Assembly (NCBI GenBank): GCA_028687645.1
Contig: JAQTZQ010000004.1
Coordinates: forward strand, 5,124-69,123
Direction: 5' to 3'
Origin: Rhodocyclaceae bacterium
GTDB taxonomy: Bacteria; Pseudomonadota; Gammaproteobacteria; Burkholderiales; Rhodocyclaceae
DNA: 64,000 nucleotides
Shown one piece after another: positions 10,497 through 22,997 of this stretch. Position 1 is the first letter of the stretch. The number at the start of each line of letters is the position of its first letter. Position numbers and translations under genes: made by a program. The notes under the pieces are model-generated. The model did no database searches. It saw only the letters and a program-made list of their open reading frames with translations, and was not told the origin of the DNA.

Positions 10497-11789
10497 ATGT
10501 CTTTCCTTATTCGACCATTAGTAGTTGCGATGGGTGTTGCGTTGGCTTTTCCCGTTCAGGCAGCCAAGCCCAGCAAGCCAGTCGCCAAACCTGCCGCTGC
10601 GGCAGCTGCCAAGTTTGAGTTGGCGCACAACCTTGGGCCAACAGGCGAGGCGCATTTGCAGGCGGTGGTCGAGCGTTTCAATAAAGAATCCAACACCAAC
10701 CTGCAACTGACGCGTCTTGAAAAAGGACAAAAGCCAGCCAGTTTGAACTTGGTCAGTCGCTACGATATGGCCGATATTCTGGCGCGGCCAAAAAGTTTTG
10801 TGCCGATGTACGAAATGATGGCCAAGGCGGGGCTGCCACTCAAACTGAATGGCATGTCCGCTGATCTTAAAGCTGGCGTACTGGATGGCAAAGGTCGTTT
10901 GGTGGCGCTGCCAGTCGCTTATTCGACGCCGGTGCTGTTCTTTAACAAAAATGCCATGCGCAAGGCTGATCTGGACCCGGAGCAGCCGCCCAAAACCTGG
11001 TTTGAAATGCAGGGCATGCTGGATAAGTTGCAGAGCGCCGGTTATGCCTGCCCTTATACGACCTCCTGGCCGGTGTGGGTGCATATCGATAACGTCAGTG
11101 CGGTGTCCGGCGTCCCTTCGATGAGCGAGAAGGGCACGCTGACTTTCAACGGCATGCCGCAAGTCAAACATTTGGCGATGATGACGACCTGGGTCAAGGC
11201 GGGTTACTTCAAAACCTACGGGCGTCGCAATGAGGCCAGCGCCAAGTTTCAAGATGGCGAGTGCGCCATGATCACCACGGATTCCCGCGAGGCTGCTGAT
11301 TTTCGTGAAGCCAAGGGGATTGATTTGGGGGTGGCGCCGATGCCGTTCCACGATGATATCTATGGTGGCCGCCAAAATACCCTGGCCGATGGTGCTTCAT
11401 TGTGGGCGGGGGCTGGGCAGTCAGCCGCCAATTCAAAGCTGGCCGCCAAGTTCGTCAGTTTCATGCTGAAACCAGAGATGCAGGTTGAAATGGTGCGTGC
11501 CTACGGCCAGATGCCACTCACCTCGGCAGCGCGCGAAGCCTCGCGCAGCAAGATTTTGAAGAACGACGACGATACCTTGCAGATCGCCTACGCCTCGACC
11601 ATGGGTAAAGGGGCGCTACCCAGCGTCCGTACTGCCAATATTGACCCGGTGCGCATTATCGCCAATGAGGAATTGGAAGCCGCCTGGGCTGACCAAAAGC
11701 CACCCAAGGCAGCGCTCGATGCCGCTGTTAGCCGAGGCAACGCGGTACTTAAGGCCAAGCCTGGCTTGAAAAAATCACAACCGTTCTGA
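10497..11789 (+). CDS. Extracellular solute-binding protein, UgpB-like (ATG 10497 chosen; ORF track starts at 10434)
   Basis: Signal peptide; LPVAYSTPVLFFNK and GGASLW-like family 1 SBP motifs; stop overlaps the ugpQ start. Confidence 0.75.
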   Translation: MSFLIRPLVVAMGVALAFPVQAAKPSKPVAKPAAAAAAKFELAHNLGPTGEAHLQAVVERFNKESNTNLQLTRLEKGQKPASLNLVSRYDMADILARPKSFVPMYEMMAKAGLPLKLNGMSADLKAGVLDGKGRLVALPVAYSTPVLFFNKNAMRKADLDPEQPPKTWFEMQGMLDKLQSAGYACPYTTSWPVWVHIDNVSAVSGVPSMSEKGTLTFNGMPQVKHLAMMTTWVKAGYFKTYGRRNEASAKFQDGECAMITTDSREAADFREAKGIDLGVAPMPFHDDIYGGRQNTLADGASLWAGAGQSAANSKLAAKFVSFMLKPEMQVEMVRAYGQMPLTSAAREASRSKILKNDDDTLQIAYASTMGKGALPSVRTANIDPVRIIANEELEAAWADQKPPKAALDAAVSRGNAVLKAKPGLKKSQPF

Positions 11790-12523
11790 TGCCGCATTTG
11801 CCACTCGCGCTGCCGCGCTGGTTTGCCCATCGCGGTGGCGGCAGCTTGGCACCGGAAAATACGCTGGCCGGTATTCGATTGGCTGCCCGTCTTGGTTTCA
11901 AGGCGGTTGAATTTGATGTGATGTTGAGTGGTGACGGTACGCCTGTCCTCATTCACGATGAAACACTGGAGGGCACCACCGATGGCGTCGGCAATGTTTG
12001 CGCAACACCCGACGCCGTACTTTTTGCGCTCGATGCCGGCGACGGTGAGCCGATTCCCCGTTTTGCCGAGGCTGCGCTGCTGTGCCGTCAGCTTGGTCTG
12101 GTGGCCAATGTTGAAATCAAACCGGCAACCGGCTTCGAGCGATCCACGGCTGAAATTGTTGCCCGGATGACCGGCGAGTTGTGGCGTGATGCGCCTGTGC
12201 CGCCGCTAATTTCATCCTTTTCGCTGGAAGCCTTGGAAATTGCGCGCGATCTTGCTCCACAAATCCGGCGCGGCATTCTTTACGAAGCGGTGCCGGCTGA
12301 CTGGCTGGCCGAAATGCAGCGTTTGCAAGCAGTGTCGCTGCATGGCGATGCTGATTTGCTGACCGATCAAGTGCTGGCCGAGGCGAAGGCTGAGGGCATT
12401 CCCGTTTTGTGTTACACGGTCAACGCCGAAAATCAGGCAAAAAATCTGCTTTCACGCGGTGTTTCCGGCATGTTCACCGATAGGCTTGATCTCTTTGCCG
12501 CCGAGGCCGGGTTTTTCTTTTAA
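11789..12523 (+). CDS. ugpQ: Glycerophosphodiester phosphodiesterase
   Basis: AHRGGG, APENTLA, VEFDVML, VLIHDETL, NVEIK. Confidence 0.88.
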   Translation: MPHLPLALPRWFAHRGGGSLAPENTLAGIRLAARLGFKAVEFDVMLSGDGTPVLIHDETLEGTTDGVGNVCATPDAVLFALDAGDGEPIPRFAEAALLCRQLGLVANVEIKPATGFERSTAEIVARMTGELWRDAPVPPLISSFSLEALEIARDLAPQIRRGILYEAVPADWLAEMQRLQAVSLHGDADLLTDQVLAEAKAEGIPVLCYTVNAENQAKNLLSRGVSGMFTDRLDLFAAEAGFFF

Positions 12524-12565
12524 AATCGGGCGCTTCAAATTCAACGCCTTTAAGGCTGAACCGCC

Positions 12566-15181
<2,616 letters not shown>

Positions 15182-15248
15182 CTCCAAAATCCGGGCGCCC
15201 CCTGTTTTTGTGGTGGCGGTCCCGGACTCATGCCGCCACGAGTTCGCC

Positions 15249-15668
15249 ATGAAACAAGCGATCAGCTTCATCACCCTCGGCGTTGTGGACCTGCCCCGCA
15301 GCCGTGCTTTCTACAAGGCGCTGGGCTGGCAGGAGTCGCCGGCCAGCCAGGAGGGCATCGCCTTCTACCAGGCTGGCTCGGTGGCCTTTGCCCTTTTTCA
15401 GCGAGACGCTCTGGCGGAGGACGCCAACCTACCCTCAGCGGGGAGCGGCTTTGCCGGCTTTACCCTGGCCCACAATGTCGAATCCGAAGCTGCCGTACAG
15501 GTTTTGCTGGATGAAGCCGTTGCCGCCGGTGCCACACTGGTGCGGCCTGCTGACAAGGTTTTCTGGGGCGGCTTTCGCGGTTACTTCGCCGACCCGGATG
15601 GCTTTCTCTGGGAAGCCTGCTACAACCCCTTCGTCGCCCTGGATCCGAACGGGTTTATCCAGCTGTAA
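15249..15668 (+). CDS. VOC/glyoxalase family protein
   Basis: ISFITLGVVDL..SRAFY and FWGGFRGYFADPDGFLWE motifs; ATG 15249. Confidence 0.85.
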   Translation: MKQAISFITLGVVDLPRSRAFYKALGWQESPASQEGIAFYQAGSVAFALFQRDALAEDANLPSAGSGFAGFTLAHNVESEAAVQVLLDEAVAAGATLVRPADKVFWGGFRGYFADPDGFLWEACYNPFVALDPNGFIQL

Positions 15669-15727
15669 AGCTTACGGTCAACGCCGAAATCAGGCCAAAA
15701 AATCTGGTTAGCACTACGTTGGCTGGA

Positions 15728-15976
15728 CTATTTTTTTGAGGCTTGTGCTGCCGCACGATCGGCATCCTCATCGCCAAGAGAATGTCCTTCTTCGCCCGCT
15801 GCATGCAACAGCCAGCAAAGGTCGCTGCCTTGCACCGGCATCGGGATCATCTGATTCCAGCCCCAGCGAAAAACCGGGCCATAAGGTACATAGCGCGCTA
15901 ATACATCACCCTGCGGACTGACGCCAAAGAACGGCCAATGAGAAGTAATGCGTTCTTTAAGTTGCGATTCGGTCAT
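15728..15976 (-). CDS. Small hypothetical protein
   Basis: 82-aa ORF MTESQLKERITSHWPFFG with a plausible RBS; fills the intergenic gap. Confidence 0.6.
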   Translation of the reverse strand: MTESQLKERITSHWPFFGVSPQGDVLARYVPYGPVFRWGWNQMIPMPVQGSDLCWLLHAAGEEGHSLGDEDADRAAAQASKK

Positions 15977-16192
15977 GATCGTTTCCCTTTGTTGATCTTC
16001 ATTTAGACGAGTCTGCACCTGTCTTTTGCATCGATCAAGAGTAAAAAAACTAGCGTGCCTTTTATGAAAAAAACAGGTTTGTAATCAATTGATCTAGACC
16101 CCTTTGGTTTTTGGCGGTGCTTGTACTGGGCTTAATTACCAGAAACACAATTACGCCATCACAAATGGCGTGGGCAATCCATGGGGGCTGCC

Positions 16193-16513
16193 TCAGCGCA
16201 GTAGGCGCTCAGGCCGGCTTGCTGGTTCGTGTTCGCGGATCACTTCGCCTTCGATGATTTGACCGTCGCTGAAGTCGTTCGTCATTGGTCCTTGGGCTAG
16301 GTCTTGCTCGCGGATTTGTTGGCGAATGGCGCGGGTTTTCCACCACAGCCAGCCCCAAACCATCAGCCCGCCAACGGCGACGACGGCGAGAGCGACCAGT
16401 GAAAACATGAAGCCCAGTACCAGCATGGCGGCTGCGACGATAAAGGCTAGCATCTTGCCGAGTGGGCCGGGTTGCTGGGGGCTGCTCGGCGCAGAAGATT
16501 GTTCAGTAGTCAT
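16193..16513 (-). CDS. Hypothetical membrane protein
   Basis: MTTEQSS start; two hydrophobic helices; C-terminal IIEGE motif. Confidence 0.6.
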   Translation of the reverse strand: MTTEQSSAPSSPQQPGPLGKMLAFIVAAAMLVLGFMFSLVALAVVAVGGLMVWGWLWWKTRAIRQQIREQDLAQGPMTNDFSDGQIIEGEVIREHEPASRPERLLR

Positions 16514-16614
16514 TGAATTCCAAGTGGGACCATCAGGTTGTTCAGTTTGCCGCAAGAATGGCTCAGGGTCTGTTGCCTCTGTGTCGCGCTTCTGTAACGC
16601 TTGGCTTGTGGCAC

Positions 16615-17883
16615 TTAGTTTGTGGCTTTTTCCTGGCCGATGCTGTTGGCCCATTGCAAGGCGCTGGTTTGTGCCTGGTTGAGCAGCTTGGGCGTTAGTT
16701 CGGAGAGGCGGGCGAGATTGCCGCTGAGTTGCGCGAGGTCGCCGCTCTCGCTGCTTTCGGCGAGATTGAGCATGTCGCCCAAGACGCCGCTGCGATCGCA
16801 CAAAGCATCGCGCACCGCGCCGGTTAAGCCCAGCGGGGCGACAATTTCAGCAATTGGTAAGCCAACCAGCGCTGGCATGAGTGACATGATGCCAGCCATG
16901 AAGGCTTGGTCGGCAAAGGGTGTGTCGCCAGAGTGCAAATCGGCGGCGAGCAACTCCATCAGTCGGCCACGCGTGGCGGCGAGCATGAGTAGCGGATTGC
17001 TGGGGCCGGCTTCCTTGTTGGAGGCAAAAAGCAGCAATTGCAGCCAGCGCTGTAATTGACGGCGACCAAGAACGGTAATCGCATGCCCCAGCGAGGTGAT
17101 TTTTGCTGTGCTGCCGGTAGCAACCGAATTGGTCATGCGTAGCAGGTTGATGGTCAGGCCGGGTTCTGACTTGAGTGCGGCTTCGATTTTTGCCGTATCG
17201 GCATCGCTGAGTAACAGCCCCATCAGTTTCATCAGCGAGAGTTGCGAGTGGTCGAGCTTTTTGCCGGATATGATCGTCGGTTTGGCGAAGTAATAGCCCT
17301 GGAAAAGGGTGAAGCCAAGCGTCAGGCATTGCTCCATCTGCTCGCGTGAATCGACTTTTTCAGCCAGCAATTGCTTGCCTATCGGTTTCAGTTTCATCAC
17401 CAGCTGCATTAACTCGACGCGCGAGAGGGGCTGAATATCGACCTTGATGATTTCGACTAGCGCCAGCAGTTCGGCAAATTCCGGCTCCAGTTGAATCACA
17501 TCGTCGAGTGCGAGGGTGAAACCAGCGGCTTTCAGCGCGATACAGCGCTCAATGACAGCCGCAGTTGGCGGTACTGTTTCGAGAATTTCCAGTACCACGG
17601 ATTGGTGTGGCAAGAGTTCGAGCATGTCGCTGAAGAGAAATTCTTCATCGACATTGATGAAACCACGGCAACTGCCGAGTGCCGCTTCAACACCGAGTTC
17701 GGCAAAGGCATTGACGATCACCGTGGCCGTCGCCTGGACGCCATTGGTGACATTGGCAAAGTTGCGGCTGCCGTCGCGGAACAGGAGTTCGTAGGCGAAC
17801 AGGCGCTGATTGCGGTCAAGGATCGGTTGGCGACCCAGAAAGAGTTGATCTTCGGCGTTGTCGCTCATGACCTTTTCGCTCAC
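16615..17883 (-). CDS. EAL + HDOD domain protein (YuxH-like)
   Basis: GRQPILD, YELLFR, LALDD, LAEKV, FQGYYF followed by an HDOD region. Confidence 0.88.
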   Translation of the reverse strand: MSEKVMSDNAEDQLFLGRQPILDRNQRLFAYELLFRDGSRNFANVTNGVQATATVIVNAFAELGVEAALGSCRGFINVDEEFLFSDMLELLPHQSVVLEILETVPPTAAVIERCIALKAAGFTLALDDVIQLEPEFAELLALVEIIKVDIQPLSRVELMQLVMKLKPIGKQLLAEKVDSREQMEQCLTLGFTLFQGYYFAKPTIISGKKLDHSQLSLMKLMGLLLSDADTAKIEAALKSEPGLTINLLRMTNSVATGSTAKITSLGHAITVLGRRQLQRWLQLLLFASNKEAGPSNPLLMLAATRGRLMELLAADLHSGDTPFADQAFMAGIMSLMPALVGLPIAEIVAPLGLTGAVRDALCDRSGVLGDMLNLAESSESGDLAQLSGNLARLSELTPKLLNQAQTSALQWANSIGQEKATN

Positions 17884-17892
17884 GGAGTTTGC

Positions 17893-19284
17893 TTAAAACG
17901 GTAATTGTATGCCCGGCAAGACGGCATTGAGGGCGCTACGGAAAGTTTGCTGGATGCGCTCCAGCGCCGCAGCGTTATCCGCCTCAAAGCGCAGGACGAC
18001 GACCGGCGTGGTGTTGGACGGGCGGGCAAGGCCGAAACCATCGGCGAATTCGACGCGCAGGCCGTCGATGGTGATTTTCTCGATGGCGCCCTCAAACTGG
18101 CCTTCGGCCTTGAGCTTGTCGATGATGGCGAACGGCTCGCCTTCGGCCATCTTGATGTTGAGCTCCGGGGTCGATGGCGAATTGGGTAAATTTTTGAGCA
18201 CAGAATTACCGTCGACCGTACGACTCAGGATTTCGAGCAGGCGTGCTCCTGTATACAGGCCATCATCGAAGCCGTACCAGCGTTCCTTGAAGAAGGTATG
18301 GCCGGACATTTCGCCGGCCAACGGGGCGCCGGTTTCTTTCAGTTTTTTCTTGACCAGCGCGTGGCCGGTGTTCCACATCAGTGGTACCCCGCCGTGTTGT
18401 TTGATCCACGGGGCGAGCAAACGAGTGCATTTGACGTCGTAAATGATCTGGCCGCCGGGCACGCGCGACAGCACATCAGCGGCGAAAAGCATCAGTTGGC
18501 GGTCGGGGTAGATGATCTCGCCATCTTTGGTGACGACGCCGAGACGGTCGCCGTCGCCGTCGAAGGCAATGCCGATTTCGGCGTCGGTTTCCTTGAGCGC
18601 CTTGATGACATCGGCCAGGTTTTCCGGCTTGGAGGGATCGGGATGGTGGTTGGGGAAGTTGCCATCCACTTCGCAAAACAGCGGCACGATTTCGCAGCCG
18701 AGGCGCTTGAAAAGTTCGGGGGCGATTGCCCCGGCGACGCCGTTGCCGCAATCCATGACGATTTTCATCGGCCGTGCCAGCTTGACGTCGCCGATGATTT
18801 TTTCAACGTAGGCCGGCAGGACGTTGGCTGAGCGGCGCTCGCCTTTGCCGTGTTTGAGATTGCCGGATTCGGCGCGGCGTTTCAAATCCTGTATCGCCTC
18901 CAGCGCCAGCGTGGTGCCGGCGATAACCATTTTCAGGCCGTTGTAATCTGGTGGGTTGTGGCTGCCGGTAACGGAAACGCAGGAGTTGCAGCCAAACTCG
19001 CAGCCGAGTTCGTATGCGGCAAAGTAGGTGACCGGGGTTGGTACGCAGCCGACATCAATGGCGTCGACACCGGCGGCGCAGATGCCGTCCATCAACGCGC
19101 CAGCCAGCTCGGGGCCGGAGAGGCGACCGTCGCGACCGACGGCGATGGCGCGTTGGCCTTGTTCGGCAGCCAGCGAACCGAGGGCGTGGCCGATGCGGCG
19201 GACGATGTCAGCGGTCAGGGATTTATCGACGATGCCGCGAATGTCGTAGGCTTTGAAGATTTCGGCGGGGAGTAATTGGCTCAT
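17893..19284 (-). CDS. Phosphomannomutase/phosphoglucomutase (AlgC-type)
   Basis: TGSHNP, DGDGDR, GEMSGH, ARPSNTTP motifs. Confidence 0.95.
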   Translation of the reverse strand: MSQLLPAEIFKAYDIRGIVDKSLTADIVRRIGHALGSLAAEQGQRAIAVGRDGRLSGPELAGALMDGICAAGVDAIDVGCVPTPVTYFAAYELGCEFGCNSCVSVTGSHNPPDYNGLKMVIAGTTLALEAIQDLKRRAESGNLKHGKGERRSANVLPAYVEKIIGDVKLARPMKIVMDCGNGVAGAIAPELFKRLGCEIVPLFCEVDGNFPNHHPDPSKPENLADVIKALKETDAEIGIAFDGDGDRLGVVTKDGEIIYPDRQLMLFAADVLSRVPGGQIIYDVKCTRLLAPWIKQHGGVPLMWNTGHALVKKKLKETGAPLAGEMSGHTFFKERWYGFDDGLYTGARLLEILSRTVDGNSVLKNLPNSPSTPELNIKMAEGEPFAIIDKLKAEGQFEGAIEKITIDGLRVEFADGFGLARPSNTTPVVVLRFEADNAAALERIQQTFRSALNAVLPGIQLPF

Positions 19285-19290
19285 GGCGGC

Positions 19291-20247
19291 TTATGACGTT
19301 TCGTGAAGGAAGAAGTGTAAGAGTCTTTGCGCTAACCAGTCCAGATTTCCCGGAAAGGCGCCACTGACGAAGCCGACATGCCCCCCCTCGGCGGGGTGTT
19401 CGAGACGTACAAAAGGGCTGACTTCGCCGGCTTTGGGTAAGTAGCTGGCGGGTAAAAACGGGTCGTTTTTGGCGTTGACCGCAAGACTTGGGATGGCGAT
19501 GGATTTTAGCCACGGTTTGGCTGACGAGCGCGCCCAGTAATCGTCGGCGCCGGCAAAGCCATGGACCGGGGCGGTGACGGCATCATCAAACTGGTAGAGA
19601 TTGATCGCCGCACGCATTTTGGCTTCGTCGAACAAGCCGGGGAATTGCTGGAGACGGGCCGCTGAAACGGTGCGCATGGTGTTGAGAAAGTGGCGGGTAT
19701 AAACGCGATTAAAGCCACGCGCCAGATGGTGGCCGCAGGCGGCGAGGTCAAGCGGGGCGCAGATGGCAGCGGTGCCGGTGACGACTTCAGCAGCAGAAGC
19801 CCCGCGCTCGCCGGCCCATTTGAGCAGCGCGTTGCCGCCGAGTGAAACACCGGCAGCGTGGATAGTGCGCCCTTGGTTGGCCACTTGCAGGCGGCGCAAA
19901 ATCCAGTTGATTTCCTCAGAGTCGCCAGAGTGGTAGGAGCGCGGCATGCGGTTAAGTTCGCCCGAGCAGCCACGAAAATGCGGCAGTGCTAGTCGCCAGC
20001 CGGCCTTGCGGCAGGCTTGGGCGGTGGAACGGGCGTAATGGCTGTTGGCGCTGCCTTCGAGGCCGTGAAAAAGTACGAGTAGTGGTGCGTTTGGCGGGCC
20101 GTCGAGATGATCGACGTCGATGAAGTCGCCATCCGGCGTTTCCCAGCGCTCGCGGCGTAATTTGAGCGGCTGAGGTTTGATCAGCAGCGGCCAGATCGTT
20201 TGTGCGTGGCCGCCGGGTAGCCAGGCCGGAGCGTGGTAGGGCTTCAA
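19291..20247 (-). CDS. YheT-family alpha/beta hydrolase
   Basis: FHGLEGS, GVSLGGN, NDPF, GGHVGF. Confidence 0.85.
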   Translation of the reverse strand: MKPYHAPAWLPGGHAQTIWPLLIKPQPLKLRRERWETPDGDFIDVDHLDGPPNAPLLVLFHGLEGSANSHYARSTAQACRKAGWRLALPHFRGCSGELNRMPRSYHSGDSEEINWILRRLQVANQGRTIHAAGVSLGGNALLKWAGERGASAAEVVTGTAAICAPLDLAACGHHLARGFNRVYTRHFLNTMRTVSAARLQQFPGLFDEAKMRAAINLYQFDDAVTAPVHGFAGADDYWARSSAKPWLKSIAIPSLAVNAKNDPFLPASYLPKAGEVSPFVRLEHPAEGGHVGFVSGAFPGNLDWLAQRLLHFFLHETS

Positions 20248-20675
20248 TGCAGGGTATGCGGGTAGGCTTCGGCCATCGCCTGATGGCCGTCATCAGCCGC
20301 TGAGGCGTGACGGCTGAGCAGGCGCCAGCCGTGCGCGCCGCGTCCGTAAACGTGGGTAACGTAAAGTGGGCCATGCGGGCTGGGGTCATTGCCGACGAAC
20401 AAAATTTCGGTCAAATGATGGATGGCCAGCACGCTGCCTTGCCAGCGCGCCACCGTTTCGGCCTGGACGCGTAATTTGGTGTTGGCAAAAATACCCTGCC
20501 AACTCTCGCGGATCGACAGGAGGCCAAGCAAACGCACGCCGGTGGGATGAACGCAGAGTGTCTCCTCTTCGTCCGACCAGAGTTGCATCAGCAGATCAGC
20601 GTCGCCTTTGGCGATCAGCTGGTAGAAATTTTGTTCAACATCTTCAGGCGAGGCGTAGGCGGCAGGCTTGCTCAT
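20244..20675 (-). CDS. NTF2/SnoaL-like protein
   Basis: FY..I..GD....M.LW, CVHP and GWRLLSRHAS pattern. Confidence 0.7.
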   Translation of the reverse strand: MSKPAAYASPEDVEQNFYQLIAKGDADLLMQLWSDEEETLCVHPTGVRLLGLLSIRESWQGIFANTKLRVQAETVARWQGSVLAIHHLTEILFVGNDPSPHGPLYVTHVYGRGAHGWRLLSRHASAADDGHQAMAEAYPHTLH

Positions 20676-21715
20676 TTTGCGATCCGTTTCAGGCAGGCGT
20701 CGAAAACGATGTCAGGGGTGAGCTGCTTGAGGCAATTCAGGTGACCCAGCGGACATTCTCGCTTGAAGCAGGGGCTACAGTCGAGCTTGAGACTGAGGAT
20801 GTCGGCCTGATCCGAGAGCGGCGGCGTGAAGCCGGGCGAGGAGGAGCCGTAAAGCGTGACCAACGGGCGATTGACCGCCGCAGCAACGTGCATCAGGCCG
20901 GAATCGTTGCAGACCACGAGATCGGCCATGGCGATTAAATCAAGCGCCTGATCCAGCGAAGTGGTGCCGCACAGATTGCGGCACAGACCGGGGGCGAGTT
21001 GCGAAATTTCTTCGGCGACGGCATGGTCTTTGGGCGAACCGAAGAGCCAGATGGCGTAGCCATGAGCCGCCAGCCTTTTGGCCAGTTCGGCAAAGTGGAC
21101 GGCGGGCCAGCGCTTGGCGGGGCCATACTCGGCACCGGGGCAGAAGGCGGCGATGCGTTCCAGTCGCGCTATGGCGAGTTCGGCCAGGGTTTTTTGCTGA
21201 TCTGTTACGGTCGACCGGATTTTTGGGTGAAAAATTGGTTTGGGTAAAGCACTGCCCGGGGCTTCGGCCAGAATGGCAAAGCGTTCAACCATCAGCGGCA
21301 GGGCGGTTTTATCGAGATGATGGCGAACATTGATCAGCCCATAGCGCGATTCGCCGGTGAAGCCGATACGCTTGGGAATGCCCGCCATAAAAGGCACCAG
21401 CGCCGATTTCAGCGAGTTGGGCAGGACATAAACGGCATCGTAGTTGCTGGCTGCCAATTGCCGGGCCAGTCGCCAGCGCGGCTTGATGGACAGTTGCCCG
21501 TGGCCGAAGGGACTGTCGATGACCTCGCTGATTTCGTCCATGCGCTTAAGCACCGGGGCAACCCAGCGCGGGGCCAGGGCGTCAAGCTGCAAACCGGGAT
21601 GTTTGGCATGCAGCCGCGCAAACAGCGGCTGTGCCATGATCGTGTCGCCAATCCACGAAGGAGCAATGACCAGCGCTTTGCGCTGGTCGGTAATTGGGGA
21701 TTGGTCATTGGTCAT
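20672..21715 (-). CDS. waaF: LPS heptosyltransferase II
   Basis: PSWIGDTIM, LPNSLKSAL, CPGAEYGPAKRWP, NDSGLMH. Confidence 0.93.
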   Translation of the reverse strand: MTNDQSPITDQRKALVIAPSWIGDTIMAQPLFARLHAKHPGLQLDALAPRWVAPVLKRMDEISEVIDSPFGHGQLSIKPRWRLARQLAASNYDAVYVLPNSLKSALVPFMAGIPKRIGFTGESRYGLINVRHHLDKTALPLMVERFAILAEAPGSALPKPIFHPKIRSTVTDQQKTLAELAIARLERIAAFCPGAEYGPAKRWPAVHFAELAKRLAAHGYAIWLFGSPKDHAVAEEISQLAPGLCRNLCGTTSLDQALDLIAMADLVVCNDSGLMHVAAAVNRPLVTLYGSSSPGFTPPLSDQADILSLKLDCSPCFKRECPLGHLNCLKQLTPDIVFDACLKRIAK

Positions 21716-21773
21716 TGGGGTACAGCTGGCTCCGCGATGCTTTGTCCCAATTCCCTATCCCTAAGCCAATCCC
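21693..21773. repeat. Heptamer-based imperfect palindromic repeat (ATTGGKS x4 ... CCCAATT-like units)
   Basis: ATTGGGG ATTGGTC ATTGGTC ATTGGGG ... CCCAATT CCCTATC ... CAATCCC. Confidence 0.5.
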
Positions 21774-21783
21774 TGCCTTAAAC

Positions 21784-21972
21784 CTAATGACCGCCTTTGG
21801 GTGCTTCACCCGTGAAGACATACTTGGCGCTGCAATACGGGCAAACTACTTCACCGCTCTTCAGGACATCCAGAAAAACGCGCGGGTGCAAACTAGACAA
21901 TTGTGCACCCGGCTGCGGGCAATGCAGCGGCAGGTCGTGGGCGGTGACTTCGATGGTCTTGTTGTCGGACAT
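21784..21972 (-). CDS. Small zinc-finger (CHCC-type) protein
   Basis: LHCP...HPRVFL...CPYC motif; 62 aa. Confidence 0.8.
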   Translation of the reverse strand: MSDNKTIEVTAHDLPLHCPQPGAQLSSLHPRVFLDVLKSGEVVCPYCSAKYVFTGEAPKGGH

Positions 21973-21988
21973 CTTTTTCTCCCTGAGC

Positions 21989-22909
21989 TTAAATGTAGGC
22001 CAGCCAGTCGTCATGCTGGGCTGAGCGGCCATAGACCACGTCGAAGTATTTGGCCTGAATTTTTGCGGTAATCGGGCCGCGATGGCCAACGCCAATCTGC
22101 CGGCCATCGAGTTCGCGAATTGGCGTCACTTCAGCGGCGGTGCCGGTGAAGAAAGCTTCGTCGCAACAATAAACTTCGTCGCGCGTGATGCGCTTTTCCT
22201 GAACGGAAAGGCCGAGTTCTTCGGCGATTTGCAGCACGGTGGCGCGGGTGATGCCTTCCAGGCAGGAGGTCAAATCCGGCGTGTACAGCTTGCCCTTCTT
22301 GACGATGAACAGGTTCTCGCCAGCGCCTTCGGCAACGTAGCCTTCGGGATCGAGCAGCATGGCTTCGTCGTAACCTTCGTTGGTCACTTCGTTATTGGCC
22401 AGAATGGAGTTGATGTAATGGCCGGACGCCTTGGCGCGCACCATCGAAATATTGACGTGGTGGCGGGTGTAGCTCGACACTTTGACGCGAATGCCGCGCT
22501 CCATGCCCTCTTCGCCGAGGTAAGCACCCCACGGCCAGGCGGCGATGGCGACGTGCACTTTGGCACCTTTGGGCGACACGCCCATTTTCTCGGAGCCGTA
22601 GAAGGCGATTGGGCGCAGGTAGCCAGAATCGAGATTGTTGGCGCGCAGCACTTCCTTGTGCGCTTCGTTGATGGTTGCCTTGTCGAAAGGCATCGCCATC
22701 TGGAAGATGTGGGCGGAGTTGAAGAGGCGGTCGGTGTGATCTTCCAGACGGAAAATCGCGGTGCCACGCTCGGTTTTATAGGCCCGGACGCCTTCAAAAA
22801 CGCTCATGCCGTAGTGCAGCGAGTGCGTGAGGACGTGGGTGGTGGCTTCGCGCCAAGGCACGAGTTTGCCGTCTTGCCAAATAAATCCGTCGCGGTCAGA
22901 CATCGACAT
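21989..22909 (-). CDS. ilvE: Branched-chain amino acid aminotransferase
   Basis: LHYGMSVFEGVRAY, EGAGENLF, CLEGITR, FFTGTAAEVTPI. Confidence 0.95.
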   Translation of the reverse strand: MSMSDRDGFIWQDGKLVPWREATTHVLTHSLHYGMSVFEGVRAYKTERGTAIFRLEDHTDRLFNSAHIFQMAMPFDKATINEAHKEVLRANNLDSGYLRPIAFYGSEKMGVSPKGAKVHVAIAAWPWGAYLGEEGMERGIRVKVSSYTRHHVNISMVRAKASGHYINSILANNEVTNEGYDEAMLLDPEGYVAEGAGENLFIVKKGKLYTPDLTSCLEGITRATVLQIAEELGLSVQEKRITRDEVYCCDEAFFTGTAAEVTPIRELDGRQIGVGHRGPITAKIQAKYFDVVYGRSAQHDDWLAYI

Positions 22910-22997
22910 AGTGATTTCTCCGTGGTGCGCGTGTCAAAGCGCACAATTCTAGCCGAATTCAGCGGGTAAAATAATGCCTTTACCGACGAATAACGCG

